Assembly: GCA_036490465.1 (NCBI GenBank)
Contig: DASXDV010000186.1
Location: 17,225-81,224, forward strand
From: Candidatus Tumulicola sp.
Lineage (GTDB): Bacteria; Vulcanimicrobiota; Vulcanimicrobiia; Vulcanimicrobiales; Vulcanimicrobiaceae
Direction: 5' to 3'
Length of the DNA stretch: 64,000 nt
The translations under genes were made by a program, and so were the position numbers. The notes below the pieces were generated by a model. That model saw nothing but the letters and a program-made list of their open reading frames with translations, had not been told where the DNA came from and made no database searches. How positions within the stretch are numbered: position 1 is the stretch's first letter; each line of letters opens with the position of its first letter. Below, piece by piece: positions 1 to 8,837 of this stretch.

Positions 1-402
1 GACGCGGTCGATGCATCGTTGGACGCAGCGGTGGGCGCGCGCATCGAGCCGGACGGCAGCATTGCCTACGTGCGAACCGCAATCGATCCGCGCACCGGCG
101 GCCGTGCCGACCGCACCGTGACGATCGGACGGGTGGCGCTGGCGCGCTTTCCCGCCGCCACCGGACTCGATACGGCCGACGGGCAACGCTTTCGCGCTCC
201 CGAAGGCGTCGTACCGCACGTCGGATTGGCGGGCGATGGGACGTTCGCAACGCTGGGTCCGATGAAGCGCGAGCGCAGTCGCGTCGATCTCGACGAAAGC
301 CTCGCGCGCCTCAAGGACGCCTACGTCGCATTCGACGCGTTGGCGGCTGCGGAGACGGCCAAGGAACGGCTCGGAAAAACTGCGATGGATATCGTCAAGT
401 GA
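1..402 (+). CDS. flagellar basal-body rod/hook family protein, C-terminal part (gene begins upstream of window)
   Basis: Frame 1 is open from base 1 to TGA 400-402. The C-terminal segment RVDLDESLARLKDAYVAFDALAAAETAKERLGKTAMDI resembles the conserved C-terminal helix of FlgF/FlgG-type rod proteins. Its stop overlaps the next flagellar gene start (GTGA). Confidence 0.45.
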   Translation, partial: DAVDASLDAAVGARIEPDGSIAYVRTAIDPRTGGRADRTVTIGRVALARFPAATGLDTADGQRFRAPEGVVPHVGLAGDGTFATLGPMKRERSRVDLDESLARLKDAYVAFDALAAAETAKERLGKTAMDIVK

Positions 403-1190
403 GATCGCTGACGTTCGATCGCCACGGAACGTGGCGTGAATCCAGGCGCGTGCGAGCTTCGCGATTGCAAGAGCGGTCGTTGCTCCCGCTGAGTGCGGCC
501 TGCATGGTGGGAAACGGCATTCGCGAAACGCTCGCCGCGCTGCTCGGCACCGCGGTGAGCGTCCGCCTCGTCGAGCCGGCCGTGCCGTCGCCCGGCGCGT
601 GGAGCGCGATCGTGCGCGACGCGCTGATGTACCGCACGCGCGGCAGCGTCGCGGACGCCGCTATCGTACTGCGTCCGGCGGACGCCGCCGCGCTGGCGGC
701 CGCCGTTTTCGGCGAACGCAGGAACGCGAGCGAGCCGCGGCGCGAGCTCTCACCGCTCGAACGCGACGTGGTCGATCGCGCCGCGGCGGCGATCGCGGTC
801 GCGTTGCCGGCAGTGTGCGGTACGCGCGATCGTGAGACGGCCGAGCGCGTGGAGGCGATCGCGGGCTTCTCTACGTATTTCGAAATCGTGGTCGACGCCC
901 CGATCGATGCGCGCATCGGGATCGCCGTATCGCGGGACCCGGCTCCCGAACCGCGTGGGCGTCTAACGCTCGAAGAGCTCGCCGGCGTCACGCTCGCGCC
1001 CGCCGTGACGCTCGACGCAGCCGCGATGAACGCGAGCAGCCTCGCGCGCTTGGCGCGCGGCACCGTCGTTCCGCTCGTGCGTTCCGGCGCGTTGCGCGGG
1101 ACGCTGACCGTCGAGGGTCGTGCCCTGGCTAGCGGAACCTGCGGAGTCCGCCGCGGGCGCTACGCTTTTACGGTTGCGGGTTCGCCATGA
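399..1190 (+). CDS. fliM: FliM-like flagellar motor switch protein (short form)
   Basis: 263-aa ORF. The core AAVFGERRNASEPRRELSPLERDVVDRAA fits the FliM 'FGG...R.LT.iE' block. The C-terminus (GTVVPLVRSGALRGTLTVEGRALASG) looks like a SpoA/FliN-type domain. It is shorter than a typical FliM, and no N-terminal LSQxEIDxLL peptide is visible. Confidence 0.6.
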   Translation: MRSLTFDRHGTWRESRRVRASRLQERSLLPLSAACMVGNGIRETLAALLGTAVSVRLVEPAVPSPGAWSAIVRDALMYRTRGSVADAAIVLRPADAAALAAAVFGERRNASEPRRELSPLERDVVDRAAAAIAVALPAVCGTRDRETAERVEAIAGFSTYFEIVVDAPIDARIGIAVSRDPAPEPRGRLTLEELAGVTLAPAVTLDAAAMNASSLARLARGTVVPLVRSGALRGTLTVEGRALASGTCGVRRGRYAFTVAGSP

Positions 1191-1465
1191 CGCTCGACGC
1201 GAGTCCCGTTCCGGGCGATCCCACGCTCGAAGTGTTGATGCACGTTCGATTGCAGCTCACGGTCCGGCTGGGAACGTGCCGGCTTTCGGTCGCCGAGGTG
1301 CTGAAGCTGGGCCATGGTTCGATCGTGGAACTCGACCGGGCCGCCGGCGATCCGGTAGATTTGCTGGCCAACGACGAACTAGTGGCGCGCGGCGAAATCG
1401 TGGCCGTCGATGCGAACTACGGCGTGCGCGTCACCGAACTCGTCGCGCGTCCCGATCGCCCGTAG
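1187..1465 (+). CDS. fliN: flagellar motor switch protein FliN (SpoA domain)
   Basis: 92-aa ORF with an ATGA overlap on the fliM stop. LQLTVRLGTCRLSVAEVLKLGHGSIVELDRAAGDPVDLLANDELVARGEIVAVDANYGVRVTEL is a full SpoA/FliN C-terminal domain. Confidence 0.8.
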   Translation: MTLDASPVPGDPTLEVLMHVRLQLTVRLGTCRLSVAEVLKLGHGSIVELDRAAGDPVDLLANDELVARGEIVAVDANYGVRVTELVARPDRP

Positions 1466-1469
1466 TTCG

Positions 1470-2126
1470 ATGGACGGATTGATCGCCGCCGCATCGCACG
1501 CGCACGCATTCGTGCCTCTGGACGTGCTCGCCGGTCTCGCGGTGCTGTCGGTTTTGCCGTTCGCTCTGGTGATGTGCACGTCGTTCGTCCGCATCGTCGT
1601 CGTGTTGTCGCTGGTACGCTCCGCGATCGGGGCTTCCGCCGTGCCGCCGAACGCCGTCCTCTCGGGACTCGCGCTGGTCTTGACCATGGTCGTAATGGCG
1701 CCGGCGCTCGAGCGAATCGATCGGGAAGCGTTGGGACCGTACGCGCGAGGCAAACTCTCCCAATCGCAGGCGTTGACGCGGGCGTTGCGGCCGCTGCGGG
1801 CGTTCATGCTTCGGCAGACCCGGCTGGCCGACGTCCGGCTCTTCGAGCGGGTCGCGCATCGCGCCCCCGAACCGGCGCAGCACGCCCGGTTGCTCGTGAT
1901 CGTTCCGGCCTTCGTCGTGGGCGAGCTGCGGAATGCCTTTGCGATTGGATTTGCGCTCTATCTGCCGTTCGTTGCAATCGATCTCGCGGTCTCGGCACTC
2001 TTAATGGGCCTGGGCATGATGATGCTCAGTCCGCCGGTGGTCTCGCTTCCGATAAAGTTACTGTTGTTCGTGATGGTCGATGGCTGGGCGCTCGTCTGCG
2101 GAGGCGTGACCGCGAGCTTTCGTTAA
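1470..2126 (+). CDS. fliP: flagellar biosynthesis protein FliP (export gate)
   Basis: ATG 1470 lies 4 nt after the fliN stop. CTSFVRIVVVLSLVRSAIG, PPNAVLSGLALVLTM, FMLRQTR, PAFVVGELRNAFAIGFALYLPF, MGLGMMMLSPP and LLLFVMVDGW follow the FliP consensus over the whole length. The listed ORF start at 1410 overlaps fliN and is not needed. Confidence 0.9.
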   Translation: MDGLIAAASHAHAFVPLDVLAGLAVLSVLPFALVMCTSFVRIVVVLSLVRSAIGASAVPPNAVLSGLALVLTMVVMAPALERIDREALGPYARGKLSQSQALTRALRPLRAFMLRQTRLADVRLFERVAHRAPEPAQHARLLVIVPAFVVGELRNAFAIGFALYLPFVAIDLAVSALLMGLGMMMLSPPVVSLPIKLLLFVMVDGWALVCGGVTASFR

Positions 2127-3034
2127 TGCTCGCACGTATGCGGATCGACGACGCGATCGCGAGCCTGCGGCCGTTCTTTTCGTTCGAATTCTTTCCGCCG
2201 AAGGACGACGAGGGGTCCCGCCGGCTGTTCGAAGCGATCGCCGCCTTACAGCCCTTGCGTCCCGCCTTCGTTTCGATTACGTACGGCGCGGGAGGATCGA
2301 CTCGCGCCCGGACCGTCGCCCTCGCCAAGCAGATCCAGGCAGAGACGGGCCTGACGGTCGTCGCTCACGTGACCTGCACGGGGATGGGGCGCGCCCAACT
2401 GCGGGTGCTGTTCGACGACCTTTCCCGCAGCGGGATTCGCAACGTCCTCGCGCTGCGCGGCGACCCTCCCAAAACGGCGAGTGCGTTCGAGCCGGCGGCG
2501 GGCGGGTTCGCCCACGCCGCCGAGCTTATCGCGATGCTGCGGCGCAACTACGATTTCTGCATCGGCGCGGCGTGTTATCCGGAGAAACATCCCGAATCGC
2601 CGAGCCGCGACGACGACCTCGCACGGCTAGCCGAAAAGGTAGCGGCCGGCGTCGACTTTCTGGTGACGCAGCTCTTTTTCGACAACGGAGCGTTCTTCGA
2701 ATTCGAGCGGCGCGCGCGGACGGCGGGCATCGCCGTACCGATTCTGCCAGGGTTGATGCCGATCACGAACTTCGACCAGATCGAGCGCTTCGTGGCGATG
2801 TGCGGTGCGTCGGTTCCCCCGAAGCTACGGGTAGAAATGGAGTTGCGCCAAGGCGACAAGGAGGCGGTCGAAGCGCTTGGGGTAGCCTACGCATCCATGC
2901 AGGCGATGTCGCTCTTGCAGGCGGGCGTTCCGGGCATTCACTTCTACACGCTCAACCGCTCGCCGGCCACGCGCGCCATCGTCTCGTCGCTGCTGGCCGC
3001 CAGCGTCTGGCGTCCGGCCTTCACGCGCGTTTAA
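2126..3034 (+). CDS. metF: 5,10-methylenetetrahydrofolate reductase MetF
   Basis: The 302 aa from ATG 2126 overlap the fliP TAA (TAATG). FSFEFFPPKDDEG, FVSITYGAGGSTR, VAHVTCTG, ALRGDPP, CYPEKHPES, DFLVTQLFFD and GIHFYTLN are typical MetF blocks. The upstream part of ORF 1574..3034 is out-of-frame overlap with fliP. Confidence 0.9.
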   Translation: MLARMRIDDAIASLRPFFSFEFFPPKDDEGSRRLFEAIAALQPLRPAFVSITYGAGGSTRARTVALAKQIQAETGLTVVAHVTCTGMGRAQLRVLFDDLSRSGIRNVLALRGDPPKTASAFEPAAGGFAHAAELIAMLRRNYDFCIGAACYPEKHPESPSRDDDLARLAEKVAAGVDFLVTQLFFDNGAFFEFERRARTAGIAVPILPGLMPITNFDQIERFVAMCGASVPPKLRVEMELRQGDKEAVEALGVAYASMQAMSLLQAGVPGIHFYTLNRSPATRAIVSSLLAASVWRPAFTRV

Positions 3035-3084
3035 GTCCACATCGCGGACATCCGGCGGTAAAGCCGGCGCATACCGTTGCGAGA

Positions 3085-3354
3085 ATGGATGCGTTCGACG
3101 GATTGCTGCGTTCGGCGCTGCTCACGACCGCGGCGGTGGCGCTCCCCGTCCTAGCGGTCGCGGCGGCGGTCGGGACGGCCGTCGCGGTCGTGCAGGCCGC
3201 GACCCAAGTGCAGGAACAGACGTTGACCCTGCTGCCGAAAATCCTGGCCGTAGGTGCGATGGCTGCCGCTTTCGGCGCGGCTGCGATGCAGTTGTTTGCG
3301 GCGCTCTTCGAGCGTGCGTTGGGCGCCGTCGCGGCCGTTACCGGCGGTTCGTGA
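3085..3354 (+). CDS. fliQ: flagellar biosynthesis protein FliQ
   Basis: 89 aa from ATG 3085, forming a two-TM hairpin. AVGTAVAVVQAATQVQEQTLTLLPKILAVG matches the FliQ 'iQa.TqiqEqtL.f.PKi' signature. Its stop overlaps the fliR GTG. Confidence 0.85.
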   Translation: MDAFDGLLRSALLTTAAVALPVLAVAAAVGTAVAVVQAATQVQEQTLTLLPKILAVGAMAAAFGAAAMQLFAALFERALGAVAAVTGGS

Positions 3355-4067
3355 GCGTTACGGCGCTGCTGGTTTTCGCGCGTTGTGCCGGCTTTGCGTT
3401 TCGCGCCCCCGGGTTCGCGCATCCGAGCGTGACGCCGGCTCTGCGCGCGGGCTTGGCGGCGTTTCTGGCGATCGCAACCGCGCCGTCGGCAGGCAGCGCG
3501 CTCGGGCCGATCGAGGGTCTGGCGGTCGTGCCGGCTTTCGCGCTGGAGTTTTTGATCGGCAGCGCGATCGGCATGACCGCCTCGCTGGTGTACGACGGCG
3601 CGTACGCGGGCGGTCGCGCGGTCGACGACTACGTCGGCGTCAAAGCGATCGCTCCCAGCCTGCAGCTCGTCGCGCCGAGCGGATTCGGGAGAATGTGGTC
3701 GCTCGCGTATACCGGCGGATTTTTTCTTTCGGGGGCTTATCGCGTAACGATTCTCGCCTTCGCACATGGGTTCGCCCGGCTTGCGCCCGGGAGCGCCGTC
3801 GACGCGCACGCGTGGTCGGCGTACGCGGGCGCGCTGGCGGCGGGCATCGCCTCGGTCGGCGTCGCCGTCGCGGCTCCCGCGATCGGATCGGCGTTCGTCG
3901 CTCAAACTGCGTTAGGTGCGCTCTCGCGCGCCGTCCCGCGCTTCGGCAGCTTCACCCTGGCGTTTCCGCTGGCATTTGCGGCCGCCTTGGTCGCGACCGT
4001 TCTGGGAGTGCCGTCGATCGTGCCATCCGATCTGCTTCCCGTATCGGCGATCCCCGGCGTGCCTTGA
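3351..4067 (+). CDS. fliR: flagellar biosynthesis protein FliR
   Basis: 238-aa polytopic ORF (GTG start) in the fliQ-fliR-flhB position. FARCAGFAFRAPGF, a Gly/Ala-rich TM pattern and its length all fit FliR. Confidence 0.85.
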   Translation: MSVTALLVFARCAGFAFRAPGFAHPSVTPALRAGLAAFLAIATAPSAGSALGPIEGLAVVPAFALEFLIGSAIGMTASLVYDGAYAGGRAVDDYVGVKAIAPSLQLVAPSGFGRMWSLAYTGGFFLSGAYRVTILAFAHGFARLAPGSAVDAHAWSAYAGALAAGIASVGVAVAAPAIGSAFVAQTALGALSRAVPRFGSFTLAFPLAFAAALVATVLGVPSIVPSDLLPVSAIPGVP

Positions 4068-5067
4068 GCGACGACGCAGAAAAGCCGTTCGAAGCGACCC
4101 CGCAACGAATCGAGAAGGCCAAGCGCGAGGGCGACGTCGCGCGTTCGGCGGAGCTGCCGGCAAATCTATCTTTCGCCTGCGCAGCCTGCGCGGTCGTCGC
4201 CATCGTGCAGCCGTTGGGCGGACAAGCGCGCGGCGCGATCGTCGCCGCAGCTTCGGGACGCGTCGAGTGGGCGGCCTGCGCGGCGATTTTCGCGCTTGCG
4301 CTCGTTCCGGTCGGCGCTGCCGCGGCCGCGGCAGTCGCTGCGGGCGCGCTGCAAGGCGGCCTGCGCGTCGGAGCGTTCGGGGCGAAACTCGTCCGGCTCA
4401 ATCCAATCGAGGGGATCAAGCGCATCGTGTCGCGCGAGACGTTCGCGCACGGCGCGCGGGCGGCGGCCGCGTTCGCATTGGCAGCCGGCGCGATCCTCCC
4501 GATCGCCGGCGCGGCGATCTCCCAAATGTTGCATGCGAACGCTCCCCCGGTGGTCGCGGCCGCCGCGTGGCGCGCCGTGGAGCGCGTGTCCTTAGCGGCC
4601 TGCGCGACCGGATCGTTATTTGCGCTCGCCGAGTAATGCGGCGGCTCGCGGCGGCTGGCTTCGTAGGCTGCGAATGACGTTCGACGAGCGCAAACGGGAA
4701 GCCAAAGAACAGGAGGGCGATCCGTTTGCTCGCGGACGCCGGCGCGCCCTTCATCGCGCGTTGCTGCGCGGCGCCCTGAGCGATGTCAAAGATGCGTCGT
4801 TCGTGGTCGTCAATCCAACCCACGTGGCGATCGCGCTGGCGTATCGGCCGCCGGAGATCCCCGTACCGCGGATCACGGTGCGTTCCGCCGGAGAGGCCGC
4901 GCTCCGGGTTCGCGCACTGGCCGAGAAGCACGCCGTTCCGGTGGTCGAAAACGTCGCACTGGCGCGGGCGCTTCATCGGGACGGGCGCGTCGGCGAACCG
5001 ATCGCCCGGATCCCACTACGTCGCGGTAGCGGAGATCGTAACGGCGCTGCGACGAGCCGGCGCGTGA
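4064..5067 (+). pseudogene. flhB: flhB (flagellar export switch protein) disrupted by two frameshifts
   Basis: TTG 4064 overlaps the fliR stop.
- N-terminal part, frame 2: LSDDAEKPFEATPQRIEKAKREGDVARSAEL plus TM helices, ending at TAA 4634-4636.
- Continuation, frame 0: WLRRLRMTFDERKREAKEQEGDP...VVVNPTHVAIALAY...HAVPVVENVALARAL.
- Last ~20 aa, frame 1: HYVAVAEIVTALRRAGA, stop 5065-5067.
Removing one base near 4635 and one near 5004 restores a consensus FlhB. The 1004-nt length is 2 mod 3. Confidence 0.8.
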
Positions 5068-7098
5068 CGCGCGCGCCGGTCTACGCATTCGCGGCGTTGC
5101 TGCTGGCGGTCGTCGCGATTCTGATCGTGCCGCTCCCGCCTTGGCTGCTCGACGTCCTGCTCGGAATCAACATCTTCGCTTCGGCGCTCGTCCTTTTGCT
5201 TTCGGTGACGGTCGACGATCCGCTGGAGTTCTCGGCGTTCGCGCCGGCTCTCCTAGTAGCGACCCTTTTTCGTCTCTCGTTGGACGTGTCGGCCACCCGC
5301 TTGATTCTGACCGACGGCGCCGTGCCGGGTGCCGTCGGCGCGATCATCCCGGCGTTCGGAGCGTTCGTGGTGCACGGCAACTTGGTAGTCGGACTGATCG
5401 TGTTTGCAATTTTGGTTACGATCCAGTTCGTCGTCATTGCGAGCGGCTCGCAACGGGTCGCCGAAGTGGCCGCCCGCTTCACGCTCGATGCGATGCCGGG
5501 CAAACAGATGGCAATCGACGCCGACGTGCACGCCGGCTCGCTCGATGCCGAGGGCGCCCGCCTCAAACGCGCGATCGTACAGCGCGAAGCCGACTTCTAC
5601 GGCGCGATGGACGGCGCCGGCAAATTCGTCAAGGGCGACGCGGTCGCCGCGCTCGTGATCGTCGCGCTCAACCTGATCGGCGGGATCGTGGTCGGCACGT
5701 TCTATCGCGGCCTGTCGCCGCTCGAAGCGCTCGATACCTTCGCGCTGTTGTCGGTTGGAAACGCGTTGGTAACGACCTTACCGGCGTTTCTCATTTCGAC
5801 CGCGATGGGCATGATGGTTACACGCGTAGCTTCCGACGGCGCGCTTGGCGCCGATTTGGCGGCGCAGCTGTTCGCGCGTCCCGACGTGCTGCGGTGTGCC
5901 GGCGGTCTGCTGATCGCGCTTTCGTTCGTGCCGGCGCTCCCGCGGCCGCTATTCTTCTTGCTCGGAGGCAGCGCGTTCGCGCTCGGACAAGCCGCGCAAC
6001 GGCGTCGCCGGCGCGCGCGAGGAGCGCCGCGACGCCCGCGAGCGCGCCCGGCGGGCGGCTTTGCGGCGTCCCGAACTCGCCCTCGGACTCGTCGGGGTCG
6101 ACGCGATCGCCGTGGAAATCGGTGGAGAACTTGCGCGCCTGCTCAGTGCCGCCGCTGGCCGACGCGCTCTTAGATCGCATCGGCGAGGTCCGCCGGGCGC
6201 TCGCGGCCGACATCGGCATCGTTTTGCCCGGCGTTCGATTGCGCGACGACCTCACGCGCGATCCGCGAACGTATGCGATTCGGGTTCGCGATCGGTTGGC
6301 CGGCGAAGGCCGGCTCGACCTGGAACGGCTGTTAGCGGTTGCCGACGAATCGATCCTCGCGCGCCTCGAGGTCGCCGTCGAAAGCGAGCCGGTATACGGT
6401 TTACCGGCCGGCTGGATCCCGATCGCGCAGCGCGACCGCGCGACCGAAGCGGGCGCTTTGGTCTTCGACCCGATCTCGGTCCTCGGATCGCATTTGGCGG
6501 AATTGGCTCGCACGAATGCCGCCGACTTGCTCGGGCGTCAGGAGTTCCAAACGCTGCTCGAGCATTTGCGCGCGAGCGTGCCCGCGGTGGTCAAGGACGT
6601 CGGCGGCGAACTGCTGCCGTTGCGCAGTGTTCATCGCGCATTCGGTCTGTTGCTGCGCGAAGGCGCGTGGCCGCGCGACCCCGTGCACGTTCTCGAGACG
6701 ATGTTGGAGTCGGGCAGCCGCGATCCGCGCGAACTCGCAGAGTCGGCGCGCCGGGCGATCATACCCGCGCTGCTGCGCCGGAGAGGAGCCGGCTTGCTCG
6801 AGCCGGTCATGTTCTCACCCGAGCTCGAACACCGCTTGGTCGCCGCCTGGATCGAGCACGAGGGCGATCCGATCGCTGCCCGGCCGCGCTGGCGCTGCGC
6901 GAGCGGGTGGAGCGATACGCCCGCCGGATACCGCACGATCGAGCGGCCGTCTTATGCACGGGCGCTCTGCGGCCATTTCTCGCCGATTTTCTGCTGCGCG
7001 CCGGCGTACGGGTTGGAGTCTACGCCTACGGCGAGCTGCCGAGCGAGCTGGAAATCCATCCGGCGGAGGTCGTCGATGGGGACCCCGCTGCGGTATAA
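5064..7098 (+). pseudogene. flhA: flhA (flagellar export gate protein) disrupted by three frameshifts
   Basis: GTG 5064 overlaps the flhB stop.
- Frame 0: TM domain and FHIPEP block (RVAEVAARFTLDAMPGKQMAIDADVHAG...FYGAMDGAGKFVKGDAVAA).
- Frame 1 from ~6010: REERRDARERARRAALRRPELALGLVGVDAIAVEIGGELARLL.
- Frame 2 from ~6145: PLADALLDRIGEVRRALAADIGIVLPGVRLRDD...
- Frame 1 from ~6880: ALALRERVERYARRIPHDRAAVLCTGALRPFLADFLLRAGVRVGVYAYGELPSELEIHPAEVVDG, stop 7096-7098.
The 2035-nt length is 1 mod 3. Confidence 0.8.
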
Positions 7099-7138
7099 TG
7101 CAGGGAGCCCCGGTCGCTCTGTTGGAGGAACGCTTCCG

Positions 7139-7372
7139 ATGCGCCGCACATTTAGCGCTCTCGTGGTCGCCCTCGCTCTTTCCGGCTGCGCCGCGCTGGG
7201 GAGTTCGCTACCCTATCACGCCTCAGCCGAGGACGCGATGGGCATGACGATCGAGCAGTATGCGGTCGGACGGTTGCCCGCCGCCGGTCAGAGCAAGCTG
7301 CACTGCGCGCAGCACAACCATAAGGCGGGCAGCCCGCATCACCGGGCACCGAAAGGGTGCCGGGCGCGTTAG
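7139..7372 (+). CDS. small putative lipoprotein
   Basis: ATG 7139 is preceded by GGAGGAA (7124-7130). MRRTFSALVVALALSGCAALG has a signal peptide plus LSGC lipobox. 77 aa with no recognisable family. Confidence 0.35.
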   Translation: MRRTFSALVVALALSGCAALGSSLPYHASAEDAMGMTIEQYAVGRLPAAGQSKLHCAQHNHKAGSPHHRAPKGCRAR

Positions 7373-7416
7373 GGCCGACCGGCAGGCCTGCTAACGTCGA
7401 AACGTTAAACCCTACC

Positions 7417-7450
7417 GGCCCGGCGGGCAACCGTTGCGGGCCTTTTGTTT
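7417..7450 (+). terminator. candidate intrinsic terminator after the flagellar operon / small lipoprotein gene
   Basis: A GC-rich stem (GGCCCG 7417-7422 pairing with CGGGCC 7437-7442, with extra inner pairing possible) is followed directly by TTTTGTTT (7443-7450). Confidence 0.4.
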
Positions 7451-7466
7451 GCACCGCTTTCTTCGG

Positions 7467-8834
7467 ATGCCAATGAGCTGGACTAACCTCAAAACGCCGT
7501 TCAAGGCGCTGGTCATCATCGCCGTCGTCGGGCTATCGATCTGGTCGATCCTCCCGATCTCGCAGAAGATCCATCTGGGCCTCGACCTCCAGGGCGGCTC
7601 CCGGCTGCTTTTGCAACTGTATCCGACGGCGAGCGTCCCGACGATTACGACCCAAGTACAGGCGCAGACCCGCGAAGTCATCGACCGCCGAATCAACGGG
7701 CTGGGCGTCGCCGAGCCGTCGATCAGCAACGTCGGCACCGACCGAATCTTGGTGGAACTGCCCAACGTCAAGAATCCCGACGAAGCCGAACGCGTGCTCA
7801 AAGAAGTTGCGGTACTCGATTACAAGATCGTGCCGCCCGACGTCGACCAGAAGGCCGAGTCGGCGCTAGCGGCGCTGTCCAATCCGAATCTTCCCGCCAA
7901 GGCAAAGGCCGCGGCCGAAGCGTACGTCGCCCTAGGCGCGTACAATGCCAGCGGACAAGTCGTCTATACCGGTGCGGAACTCAAGGCCGCGCAAGCCGGG
8001 TACGATCAGAGCAATCAGCCCAACGTGCTCTTCCAGACCAAGAACCCGTCGAAGTTCGGCAAGCTCACAAGCGCAAACGTGGGCAAACTGCTCGGCATCT
8101 TTCTGGACAAGCGCTACGTTTCGGCTGCCGTCATCCGAAGCCCGATTTACGATAGCGGCGAAATTTCCGGAAGCTTCACCCAAGAACAAGTCGTGACGCT
8201 AGCCAACGAGCTCAATGCCGGCGCCTTGCCGGTGACGACGCGGATCGTCGAAAAGGAAACGATCGGTCCCACCCTGGGTAAGATCGACCTCGTTCAGTCG
8301 ATGCGCGCATCGATGCTCGGCTTAACGCTGGTGCTGATATTCATGCTGGCCGTCTATCGTCTCCCGGGCTTTTTGGCCGACGTCGCACTGGCCATCTACG
8401 TGCTCGTGATGATGGCGATCCTGGCGGTATCGCACGCCACTTTGACGCTGCCCGGCATCGCGGGATTCGTGCTGTCGATCGGCATGGCGGTCGACGCCAA
8501 CGTGCTGATCTTCGAGCGCATCAAGGAAGAGCTGTGGAACGGCAAGACGATGCGGGCGGCCGTGCGGGTGGGCTTTCAACGCGCCTTTTCGGCGGTTTTC
8601 GACAGCCACTTTACGACGATCGTGGGCGCCGGCGTGCTGTACTGGCTCGGCACCGGCACGGTCAAGGGCTTCGCGTTCACCCTGTTCTGGGGCACCGTCG
8701 TGTCGCTGGTGACGGCCGTCTTCGTGACCCGCTTCTTCGTCGACGCGCTGGTCGATAACGGCATCGCTACGACGCCGGAACTCTACGGCGTCAAACGCGA
8801 CGAAGTCGGCATCTTCGCCAAGGCCGGAGCGTAG
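7467..8834 (+). CDS. secD: protein translocase subunit SecD
   Basis: LGLDLQGGSRLLLQL, GPTLGKIDL and GIAGFVLSIGMAVDANVLIFERIKEE are SecD signatures. The start is set at ATG 7467 (alternative 7473) because ORF start 7434 lies inside the upstream terminator-like hairpin. Confidence 0.9.
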   Translation: MPMSWTNLKTPFKALVIIAVVGLSIWSILPISQKIHLGLDLQGGSRLLLQLYPTASVPTITTQVQAQTREVIDRRINGLGVAEPSISNVGTDRILVELPNVKNPDEAERVLKEVAVLDYKIVPPDVDQKAESALAALSNPNLPAKAKAAAEAYVALGAYNASGQVVYTGAELKAAQAGYDQSNQPNVLFQTKNPSKFGKLTSANVGKLLGIFLDKRYVSAAVIRSPIYDSGEISGSFTQEQVVTLANELNAGALPVTTRIVEKETIGPTLGKIDLVQSMRASMLGLTLVLIFMLAVYRLPGFLADVALAIYVLVMMAILAVSHATLTLPGIAGFVLSIGMAVDANVLIFERIKEELWNGKTMRAAVRVGFQRAFSAVFDSHFTTIVGAGVLYWLGTGTVKGFAFTLFWGTVVSLVTAVFVTRFFVDALVDNGIATTPELYGVKRDEVGIFAKAGA

Positions 8835-8837
8835 CCG

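Noticed and set aside
395-1063. Long antisense or alternative-frame ORFs throughout. Examples: 395..1063(-), 3021..3905(-), 3254..4636(+) N-terminal part, 24698..26146(-), 26477..27754(-), 33828..34991(-), 45430..47040(-), 45525..46826(+), 59017..60012(-), 62022..63137(-)
   Set aside because: These are typical high-GC artefacts. They are Arg/Ala/Pro/Gly-rich and low-complexity, show no family resemblance, and fully overlap ORFs with strong family signatures.
1574-3034. 486-aa ORF suggesting a long MetF
   Set aside because: Residues before MLARMRIDD are an alternative frame of fliP (Arg/Gly-rich, no similarity). The real metF starts at ATG 2126.
4620-6173. 517-aa ORF that looks like one large gene
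   Set aside because: It is a chimera. Its first ~130 aa are the FlhB C-terminal domain, its middle is FlhA from GTG 5064, and its last ~50 aa (RRRRARGAPRRPRARP...) are out-of-frame FlhA linker. It is explained by the flhB/flhA frameshifts.
5141-7372. 743-aa ORF spanning flhA and the small lipoprotein gene
   Set aside because: Only the segment from about 6145 to 6880 is genuine FlhA sequence. The N-terminal 330 aa are Arg/Gly/Pro-rich out-of-frame translation of the FlhA TM domain. The frame merely stays open into the downstream gene.
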